Source of the DNA: Candidatus Saccharimonadota bacterium
GTDB lineage: Bacteria; Patescibacteriota; Saccharimonadia; Saccharimonadales; UBA4665
DNA length: 64,000 nt
Assembly (NCBI GenBank): GCA_028286385.1
Contig: JAQBRQ010000041.1
Coordinates: forward strand, 826-64,825
Direction: 5' to 3'
In this document: in pieces, positions 8,692-15,915 of the stretch
How the letters are laid out: each line of letters begins with the position of its first letter
How positions within the stretch are numbered: the stretch's first letter is position 1
Position numbers and translations under genes: made by a program
The notes under the pieces: model-generated
What the model was told of the DNA's origin: nothing
Databases searched by the model: none
Seen by the model: only the letters and a program-made list of their open reading frames with translations

Positions 8692-8769
8692 TGGGGCGAA
8701 CTATGGGAATTGAACCCACGACCTCCGGAACCACAACCCGGCGCTCTAACCAACTGAGCTAAGCCCGCC
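8692..8769 (-). tRNA. tRNA-His (anticodon GTG) with an encoded G-1
   Basis: The reverse complement folds: G-1 plus acceptor GCGGGCT/AGTTCGC, D GCTC/GAGC, anticodon stem CCGGG/TCCGG with loop TTGTGGT, and T arm GTGGG-TTCAATT-CCCAT. Discriminator C pairs with G-1. CCA is encoded. Confidence 0.9.
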
Positions 8770-8773
8770 ATAT

Positions 8774-8789
8774 AACAGAGGTGATTATA
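8774..8789 (-). promoter_or_regulatory. Putative promoter -10 plus conserved leader for tRNA-His (minus strand TATAATCACCTCTGTT)
   Basis: TATAAT lies about 14 nt upstream of the tRNA 5' end, with TTGTAA 17 nt further upstream. An identical 16-mer precedes tRNA-Gly, and a near-identical one precedes tRNA-Pro. Confidence 0.55.
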
Positions 8790-8816
8790 GCTTATATGGC
8801 GAGAGATTACAACTAG

Positions 8817-9212
8817 TTAAGCGGCCCTGGCGGCGCGATTGATCGTGACCAGCCTGGCGATGCCGTAAGCGACGAGAGCGTAAACGGCCATGGCGACTAA
8901 GGTGTATGTCTCGACATGAGAAGCACCATAGCTCATATCGTAGCCAAACAGGCTAAAGAATGGTGCCACAAATGGGTGACTGGCGCCAAAAATAAAGTCG
9001 GCAAATGCATTGGATCGATTAGCGCCAAGAAGGGCTAAAACAAAACGGAAAGCTAATAGCGTCAGCAAGACACCGGCTATGTACCAGACGACTCTCGCGA
9101 CTATGGTTTGACCTGCAGCTTTATTGGCATCGGGACGATCAACTACTTCGCTGGTACGGGCTGTGCGGCCGTCTTCGCTCACTTGTTTGACTTGTTCTAT
9201 GCGTTCAACCAT
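8817..9212 (-). CDS. YggT family membrane protein
   Basis: The block RVVWYIAGVLLTLLAFRFVLALLGANRSNAFADFIFGASHPFVAPF matches the pattern I recall for YggT-family proteins. There is a second TM helix at the C-terminus. Confidence 0.55.
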   Translation of the reverse strand: MVERIEQVKQVSEDGRTARTSEVVDRPDANKAAGQTIVARVVWYIAGVLLTLLAFRFVLALLGANRSNAFADFIFGASHPFVAPFFSLFGYDMSYGASHVETYTLVAMAVYALVAYGIARLVTINRAARAA

Positions 9213-9424
9213 GATGGACTCCTTACGGTAATTGGAATTGGTAAGAAGTACTATAACGCCTACGCTTAGTTATTGCTGTAAGCTAGCTTACTTCAACTGT
9301 CGTAAAAGATCTCTTCGATCTTGCGCAACGGTGATGCAATCATAGCGGTCTTCGTATACTTCACGTGGCTTTAAGTTCACTGTCGTATATTCAATAATAC
9401 AACCTGAATTCAAAGAGTATAGTG

Positions 9425-9453
9425 TTGATCGCCACGGTTTTCACTGATATACT
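9425..9453 (+). promoter_or_regulatory. Putative sigma-70-type promoter of the island operon
   Basis: TTGATC, a 17-nt spacer, then TATACT. GGGAGGGG (Shine-Dalgarno) follows, then the ATG at 9472. Confidence 0.45.
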
Positions 9454-9471
9454 GGGAGGGGCATAAGCATT

Positions 9472-11214
9472 ATGAAAAAAAATACACTTACGGTAATCGA
9501 TTTCTTCTCAGGGGCAGGCGGATTTTCCGAAGGTTTTAGACAACAGGGCTTCAAGATTGTTAAGGGTATCGACCGGTGGGAACCAGCGGTTAAGACACAT
9601 AACCTTAATCATGGCTTGGAAGACACCGTCGAGAACGTACTGGACTATGCAGGCTCAAATTCCTCTGACGTTGAGCGCATTGAAACACTACCTGACGTAG
9701 ACGTTATCATTGGCAGCCCCTCCTGCGTTACATTCTCCATGTCCAATAAAGGTGGTAAGGCTGATAAGACTGAGGGTTTGAGACTCATTGAAGCGTACCT
9801 CAGAGTGATAGCCGTAAAAAAGCATAAGCAAGGTAGCCGTCTTAAGGCCTGGCTTATGGAGAATGTTCCCAATAGTGGCAACTATGTTAAGCACGACTAT
9901 ACTTTCAAAGACTTGAATCTTGAGGATTGGGCATCTGCTAATTCACTGGAGGCTGACTCCGTTGCCTTGACTCTTAACGGAACCGTATTAAATGCGAGTG
10001 ATTATGGTGCGCCGCAGAACCGAAGTCGTTTCATATGCGGTGAAACCATATCAGACGGAAAATTCCCTGCACCCAAGCCTACGACTCATATTAAGCCACT
10101 GCTCAAAGACATAAGATTAAAGATGCCTAAGCCGAGCGATGTACGCCCCAAGGGATCATACGAGGACCCTAACTACCCAGGCCTTATTATTGAAGCAAAG
10201 CAGATTAGCGACCACTTCTACGACACTGGGCTATATGTAACTCAATGGGAGCAATCAAAGTACCTTAAGACGATGCATCCTTTTATGGGTAGAATGTCAT
10301 TTCCTGAAGCGGATGAGAACAGCTCGCGGACGGTTACTGCTACACGATCTATAAGTAGCCGCGAGTCTTTGATCTATAAATCAGAATACGATAGAACCGG
10401 GCATGGCGAATACAGGACCCCAACCATACGCGAAGCTGCTTCGCTCATGGGTTACCCGTACACCTATCAGTTTTTCGGATCAGAGGGCGTGAAATGGAAG
10501 CTTATTGGAAATAGCGTTAGCCCTCACCTTAGCTCGGCTTTGGCATCGGCAATGCTTGTAAAGGAAGGCCGTAAACCGGTTGCCGTAAAAAACATACCTT
10601 TCGAAGAACAGAAAGAACTGTACCTCTCAGTTGATAACCTCAACACTTTCTCGCCTATAAAGTTCGACCAGCGAAAACTTAGAAAACCAGGTGCGAAGTT
10701 CAGACGATCAGTATACAAGGGCCAAAATATGACTGTTGACTTGCTGAACTATAATCCGAGCACAAATGATACGGCGGGCATAAAATGGTATGTGGGTACG
10801 TTTTATGGAACGGGCAGCGACCACAAGTATGATGTGCTAAAAAAAGGCCAGTACTCAAAACTTGCAAAGGTGCTTGGTGACAACTTTGATCTCTTTGATG
10901 AGTTTCGTACTGAGTTGGAGAAATTTACGGGCAATACTTCAATGAACGCTCGTACTCTTCAGCAGGCATACGAAACGGACTCAGATTTAGCGGATAAGCA
11001 AAATCCACTGGTTATTATCGAGCGTATCCGGCAGCTTACGAATAAGTACGGCGCTCTACAGCCCGACCTCAGGCTTGAACTAAGCGGGATGCATAAGCAA
11101 AACTTCTTATTTGGGCAACTCCTCTGCTTGTTCTCACTAGGCCATATCGTATACAATAATTTGGTAAGTGAACCAAGAGTCGTAAGTGAAAATTCTTTGG
11201 CTTTTGGAATATAA
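9472..11214 (+). CDS. DNA (cytosine-5)-methyltransferase with a ~215-aa C-terminal extension
   Basis: All the diagnostic C5-MTase motifs are present: I DFFSGAGGFSEGF, IV GSPSCVTFS (catalytic Cys), VI LMENV, VIII QNRSRF, IX REAASLMGYP and X IGNSVSP. Confidence 0.9.
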   Translation: MKKNTLTVIDFFSGAGGFSEGFRQQGFKIVKGIDRWEPAVKTHNLNHGLEDTVENVLDYAGSNSSDVERIETLPDVDVIIGSPSCVTFSMSNKGGKADKTEGLRLIEAYLRVIAVKKHKQGSRLKAWLMENVPNSGNYVKHDYTFKDLNLEDWASANSLEADSVALTLNGTVLNASDYGAPQNRSRFICGETISDGKFPAPKPTTHIKPLLKDIRLKMPKPSDVRPKGSYEDPNYPGLIIEAKQISDHFYDTGLYVTQWEQSKYLKTMHPFMGRMSFPEADENSSRTVTATRSISSRESLIYKSEYDRTGHGEYRTPTIREAASLMGYPYTYQFFGSEGVKWKLIGNSVSPHLSSALASAMLVKEGRKPVAVKNIPFEEQKELYLSVDNLNTFSPIKFDQRKLRKPGAKFRRSVYKGQNMTVDLLNYNPSTNDTAGIKWYVGTFYGTGSDHKYDVLKKGQYSKLAKVLGDNFDLFDEFRTELEKFTGNTSMNARTLQQAYETDSDLADKQNPLVIIERIRQLTNKYGALQPDLRLELSGMHKQNFLFGQLLCLFSLGHIVYNNLVSEPRVVSENSLAFGI

Positions 11215-11257
11215 ACGTTTGAGCAACCGAAACTAAACCCAAGGACTAATCCGCGAG

Positions 11258-12652
11258 ATGAATCAGCATACCAGAACACAGAAGATCTCCGAGATTACCA
11301 GCAGAGAACAAGAAAAGTATGGTCGCCAAGACATTCCTTGGAAAGATAGGCTTGAGCCTATGGACGTATACAAGATCCCTCTCGAGTACCTTGTATATAA
11401 CAAATATAACGGCCGCATCTTAAGCCGCACAAAATCCCTTGAAAAACAGCATCACAAAATTAACGAAGAGACGGAAGACGGAAAAAGATTACTAGAGGAC
11501 CTGCTGTTTGAGTCTAATCAGGGACGCAACAAACAGACACTCGAGAGCCTAAAGAAGATTGGCCAGGAAAAGGTAGGCATCATTACGCGTGACGGCATCA
11601 TAATCGATGGCAACCGACGCGCTATGTTATTAGCCAAGGCTGGAACTCGCTATTTTAAAGCAGTTGTACTCCCGGTAACGCTAGAGGAGAATCCACTAGA
11701 AATTGAGAAACTAGAGACTTCTTATCAAATGGGCGAGGATGAAAAACTCGGCTATAACCCTACCGAAAAATACCTGAAGGCAAAACAGCTCCAAAAACAA
11801 GGTGTACCAATTTCTGATATTGCCCGATGGATGGCGGAGTCAGAGGGGCAGATTAAGGAAAACCTCTACATCATGGAGATTATGGATGACTACTTAGACT
11901 ATCTAGGTATAAATGGTATATACACACAGCTTGATAACCGTGAAGATCAATTCATAACCCTATCAAACCAGCTCAAAAACTTTTATGGCGAAAACAGCGC
12001 CAAGCCCTTTGACGGCTATCGTGATAGCGATGTAGATGATTTGAAGAACGTATCCTTCGACTATATCCGGGTCAAATATGAGGGTAAGGACTTTCGTAAT
12101 ATAGCCTATGGTCTGCGCGAAAATCACTTCTTTGGTAACAAAGTAATATGGGAAGACTTTAGGGACTTTCACTTTAATCACATGAAGTCGATGGAGCTAC
12201 TAGAAGCTAAGATCGATCTAGACTCACAAGACCTTGAGGCTCACCTTAACGCCAGAGACACCACATTCAATAAGTTGACCCAAGACGAAAATGGGAAGAG
12301 CTTCCTCAATGAGAATATGGAAGATCATATTCAAAAGCTGAGGTACAACAAAGCTAAAGATCAGCCCGCAAAATTAGCCAAGGATTCTATAGGCGCACTT
12401 CAGGCAATCGACCCTAAACATAATGCTTCATCGAAGCCCGAAGTCGTAGAGCAGATTCAGAATATTGCCGATTTAGCTTTCAGCATGCTGACTGACAAAT
12501 CACCGAAACGAGTCATGAGTCAAGTTGTTGATCTCTTAAGTGCAATCAATTTGAAGGGTACCACCGAGACAAAGGAAGAACTGCTTGCTGCGGTCAAAGA
12601 GATTGAAAAACAAGCGTATAAGATTGAAAAAGAAATCAAGAGTTCTTTGTAG
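11258..12652 (+). CDS. ParB/sulfiredoxin-fold (ParB N-terminal domain-like) protein with a long helical C-terminal region
   Basis: The N-terminal blocks IPLEYLVYNKYNGRI and GIIIDGNRRAMLLAK resemble the ParB-N/DndB/DUF262-type core (..N.R.., DG..R). Confidence 0.6.
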   Translation: MNQHTRTQKISEITSREQEKYGRQDIPWKDRLEPMDVYKIPLEYLVYNKYNGRILSRTKSLEKQHHKINEETEDGKRLLEDLLFESNQGRNKQTLESLKKIGQEKVGIITRDGIIIDGNRRAMLLAKAGTRYFKAVVLPVTLEENPLEIEKLETSYQMGEDEKLGYNPTEKYLKAKQLQKQGVPISDIARWMAESEGQIKENLYIMEIMDDYLDYLGINGIYTQLDNREDQFITLSNQLKNFYGENSAKPFDGYRDSDVDDLKNVSFDYIRVKYEGKDFRNIAYGLRENHFFGNKVIWEDFRDFHFNHMKSMELLEAKIDLDSQDLEAHLNARDTTFNKLTQDENGKSFLNENMEDHIQKLRYNKAKDQPAKLAKDSIGALQAIDPKHNASSKPEVVEQIQNIADLAFSMLTDKSPKRVMSQVVDLLSAINLKGTTETKEELLAAVKEIEKQAYKIEKEIKSSL

Positions 12653-12661
12653 AAAGGCCTC

Positions 12662-14626
12662 GTGAATATAGATACTGACAATGATAATTTTAGCTATGTA
12701 CTCAGCGGCGACATAGCTAATTTGCTTGCTAATAGGCGGCTTTTATTTTCGCTTAAAAGGCTCGGCTATGAAGAGGATGGAGGTAGGCTTCTTATACCTT
12801 TTCTACCGCAAACCAAAATAAAGACACTCCAAGAGATTCAAGACTTGCTGGCTAAGTTCGGCTATAGCCACCAACTCTCCGAGAAGTCAAAAAAGGACGT
12901 CGAAAGCTTTACCCGTGAAAAGGATAACTTCGAAATATTTTCCGCGAAAGCTAAGAATATTCGCAATAATAATTTCCAAGACAACCCAGAGTTAGTAGCC
13001 GAGTTCGACCATTTCCAACAAGTGCTTGGGAAAAAGCTGGTCAGGAAACTTTACCCACTACAGTTACTGTCTGCATACCACATGGCCTTTGCGCAGAACG
13101 CATGTAATTTTGCCGTCCCCGGTGCTGGCAAGACCTCAATTGTCTACGGAGCATACGCCTACCTGAAGAACTTGCCAGCTGACGATCCAAAGCACGTAGA
13201 TAACCTCCTGGTAATCGGACCTCTATCTTCGTTTGCCCCGTGGGAAAAAGAATATGAAAAATGTTTTGGCGTACCAGCTAACGTGCAGCGTCTGTCCGGT
13301 GACTCAAAAATAACTCACGACCAAAAGGCACAACATCTATACTCGGGCGACCCTTCGGAGGTAACCCTAATTTTTACAGGCGGTGTTAGCGGCCTGCAAG
13401 AAGATGTAATCGACTTTCTCAAGCGAAACAAAACTATGGTTGTAGTCGATGAAGCTCACCGTATAAAAAATCCGGATGGCCTGTGGGGCAAGAGCAGCGT
13501 TGAAATCGCAAAGGAAGCAAAAGCCCGGGTGATACTGACAGGAACGCCTGCTCCTAACGGCTATGAAGACCTGTTCAATCTCTACCAGTTTCTTTATCCC
13601 TACAAGTACAAGGATATTTTGAAGTTTCACTATGAAAATTTGGTAGACATGTCGAAAATCGGTCTGCACGATACTGACCGTGTCCAGTCTTTTATCAACA
13701 ACATTGCACCGTACTTCATACGCATAAAGAAAAAAGACCTTAAGTTGCCCCCCACTAAGGATCATATTGTAGTTTGCGAAATGGATCAGGCACAAAGAGA
13801 GATATACGATTTCATCGAGACGAAGTACATCAAAAACTTTGAGCACGATAGCTACGCGACCGTGAAGAACGTGCTTAACAAGGCTAGGTTAATTAGGCTG
13901 AGGCAAGCCAGTTCGAACCCCGCACTTCTAGAGAAGCCTATACGAGAAACACTGACGGATGAAGACTACGACTCACCAGCACTTAATAATATCAAGTTGC
14001 CTGACGAATTCCAGAATGACTCAGAAATACTTGCGAAGATTAAGAACTACTCACTCAATCACGTTCCTCAAAAATTCCTAGCCACCCAAAAAGTACTACG
14101 TGATCACATAATCGATGATGGACAGAAAGCCATCATTTGGACTATATTCATCCAGAACGCCAAAGAACTCCAAGAGTACCTGCAAGAGAAAGGTATCAAA
14201 TCTAAGCTGCTAATTGGCGAGGTGGATCAGTCGGATCGTGAAGTTATCATTGATAAATTCAACGACCCTGAAAATACTGAGTTCCAAGTGGTCATCGCTA
14301 ACCCATTTTCTGTGGCAGAGTCCATATCGCTTCACAACGGCTGCCATAACGCTATTTACATGGAGCGAGATTACAATTGTGCTAACTTCCTACAATCAAA
14401 AGATCGTATACACAGAGTGGGATTATCCCCTTCCCAGGAGACTAATTACTACTATATCTTGGCGAGTGATTCAATCGACGGGGTCATAAACGATTCCTTG
14501 GATAAAAAAGTATTAAGGATGGAAAAAATAATTGATGAGGATATCCCTCTGTTTACCAGGCTCGAGGATGGAGATGAAACCGATTTAATAAAAGCATTAC
14601 TTGAAGATTATGCTCGACGAACTTAG
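12662..14626 (+). CDS. SNF2-family (SF2) DEAH-box helicase/translocase
   Basis: Motifs: I AVPGAGKTS, II VVDEAHRIKN, III ILTGTPAPNGYEDLFNLYQFL, and VI QSKDRIHRVGL. GTG start 9 nt after the upstream stop. Confidence 0.85.
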   Translation: MNIDTDNDNFSYVLSGDIANLLANRRLLFSLKRLGYEEDGGRLLIPFLPQTKIKTLQEIQDLLAKFGYSHQLSEKSKKDVESFTREKDNFEIFSAKAKNIRNNNFQDNPELVAEFDHFQQVLGKKLVRKLYPLQLLSAYHMAFAQNACNFAVPGAGKTSIVYGAYAYLKNLPADDPKHVDNLLVIGPLSSFAPWEKEYEKCFGVPANVQRLSGDSKITHDQKAQHLYSGDPSEVTLIFTGGVSGLQEDVIDFLKRNKTMVVVDEAHRIKNPDGLWGKSSVEIAKEAKARVILTGTPAPNGYEDLFNLYQFLYPYKYKDILKFHYENLVDMSKIGLHDTDRVQSFINNIAPYFIRIKKKDLKLPPTKDHIVVCEMDQAQREIYDFIETKYIKNFEHDSYATVKNVLNKARLIRLRQASSNPALLEKPIRETLTDEDYDSPALNNIKLPDEFQNDSEILAKIKNYSLNHVPQKFLATQKVLRDHIIDDGQKAIIWTIFIQNAKELQEYLQEKGIKSKLLIGEVDQSDREVIIDKFNDPENTEFQVVIANPFSVAESISLHNGCHNAIYMERDYNCANFLQSKDRIHRVGLSPSQETNYYYILASDSIDGVINDSLDKKVLRMEKIIDEDIPLFTRLEDGDETDLIKALLEDYARRT

Positions 14627-15590
14627 GGCATACGAGAATCTCGGTACGCCTAAGTATTTTTGGGAGCTACTAACTCAGGTTAACGGCTGCGAGGATAATT
14701 GGAGTGTCGATGACACGAACCAGTATTTCTTTAATAGGATAATCGACGGTGTGAGGATATTTGATGGTTGCATTCAGTTCGCTGAAGCTATAGGTGTAAT
14801 AAAAGTGGACAGTGACGGTTGCATCACTCTCGATGCAGAATTCGACCCGTTACCGCGAAGCGAGAATCATCTTCATAACAAGATGGTAGAAAAGCTATTC
14901 ATGGTCCTTAAAGACGACGATATACTTCAGGGCATATTCTCGTCCGAGAATGTGAGCTATGATATTATCTACCGATCAATACAAATAGATAACGCTGCGT
15001 TCAGTCTCAAATATTCGAACTTCAAAGACTTGTTGGTGAGTTTCGGATTCCTAACGCCCCATCCGGATGTGAATATACCAAAGTACGTTGTGAACGGGAG
15101 GTACAGGCGGTTGTTTGACCAGATTTTGTTGCCTGAAATAAAGCGACGCAAAATAGGGATCAATGAGCTTAGAAAGTCGGTCGAGCAAAAACAAGTATAT
15201 GGTGATGAGGCGGAGAAGTTCGTGCTTGGATACGAGAAAATCCGCCTGGCGGAACATCCTAACTTAGACAAAATTGAGATTATATCCGAATATGATGTTT
15301 CGGCTGGCTATGATTTGGTTTCTTTCTGCGAAAACGACTCAACCGAGATAGATAGATTCGTCGAAGTGAAATCATTTTCAGGTTCGCCTTACTTCTATTG
15401 GTCTAGAAACGAAGTAGATACAGCCAGAATAAGGCGGGATACTTATTATTTGTATTTGGTAGACAGAGACAAATTGAATGACGAAGACTACATTCCCCTA
15501 ATCATCCAGGACCCCTATGTTAATATTCTGGATAAACCTGAAGAGTGGAATAAGCGAGTTGAGAGTTACTTCATTAGCCATCCAGTGTAA
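14601..15590 (+). CDS. DUF3883-type (PD-(D/E)xK restriction-endonuclease-fold) domain protein
   Basis: The C-terminal block GDEAEKFVLGYEKIRL...SAGYDLVSF...DRFVEVKS...FYWSRNEVDTA...YYLYLV matches the DUF3883 pattern. The start is TTG 14601 or ATG 14610; either overlaps the SNF2 stop at 14626. Confidence 0.6.
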   Translation: MKIMLDELRAYENLGTPKYFWELLTQVNGCEDNWSVDDTNQYFFNRIIDGVRIFDGCIQFAEAIGVIKVDSDGCITLDAEFDPLPRSENHLHNKMVEKLFMVLKDDDILQGIFSSENVSYDIIYRSIQIDNAAFSLKYSNFKDLLVSFGFLTPHPDVNIPKYVVNGRYRRLFDQILLPEIKRRKIGINELRKSVEQKQVYGDEAEKFVLGYEKIRLAEHPNLDKIEIISEYDVSAGYDLVSFCENDSTEIDRFVEVKSFSGSPYFYWSRNEVDTARIRRDTYYLYLVDRDKLNDEDYIPLIIQDPYVNILDKPEEWNKRVESYFISHPV

Positions 15591-15703
15591 ATTGATTTGA
15601 TACCAATCAAAAATAACGTTAAATCAATTCGTGAACAATTGGATATGGTCAGAACGGCCCCGAGAAGATACAGAATGACACAGAAATGGCTATAAAATCA
15701 TCT

Positions 15704-15780
15704 TGGTGCCCCGGGCTGGACTCGAACCAGCGACCTTAGGCTTAGAAGTCCTCTGCTCTATCCATCTGAGCTACCAGGGC
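15704..15780 (-). tRNA. tRNA-Arg (anticodon TCT)
   Basis: Acceptor GCCCTGG/CCGGGGC, D GCTC/GAGC, loop CTTCTAA, T arm GCTGG-TTCGAGT-CCAGC, encoded CCA. The anticodon stem has only 3 Watson-Crick pairs (GAGGA/GCCTA). Confidence 0.75.
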
Positions 15781-15803
15781 ATGGCACCAATATTGTTCAA
15801 TGA

Positions 15804-15878
15804 TGGTGCGGGTGCGGAGAGTCGAACTCCGATCACCAGTTTGGAAAACTGGGATAATAACCGCTATACGACACCCGC
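15804..15878 (-). tRNA. tRNA-Gly (anticodon TCC)
   Basis: Acceptor GCGGGTG/CACCCGC, anticodon stem CCAGT/ACTGG with loop TTTCCAA, T arm CGGAG-TTCGACT-CTCCG, 4-nt variable loop, encoded CCA. Confidence 0.9.
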
Positions 15879-15894
15879 AACAGAGGTGATTATA
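15879..15894 (-). promoter_or_regulatory. Putative promoter -10 plus conserved leader for the tRNA-Gly/tRNA-Arg pair
   Basis: The minus strand reads TATAATCACCTCTGTT immediately upstream of the tRNA-Gly 5' end. This is identical to the 16-mer at 8774-8789. Confidence 0.55.
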
Positions 15895-15915
15895 TCATAA
15901 ATAAGTTGATATGGA

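Noticed and set aside
8478-8771. ORF-track entries that overlap tRNA genes: 8478-8771, 8522-8734, 8524-8757, 15703-15900, 25749-26009, 43207-43494 and 58376-58669.
   Set aside because: Each one reads straight through a well-folding tRNA, or through the structured repeat. Their products, such as MVPRAGLEPATLGLE or MEGQEGLEPSTPCL, are the typical translation of a tRNA T-arm and acceptor. They are not genes.
9230-15652. Imperfect 16-nt direct repeat flanking the island: AATTGGAATTGGTAAG at 9230-9245 versus AATTGGATATGGTCAG at 15637-15652.
   Set aside because: It matches at only 13 of 16 positions, is AT-rich, is not part of either tRNA, and no integrase is present. Chance similarity cannot be excluded, so I do not call it an attL/attR pair.
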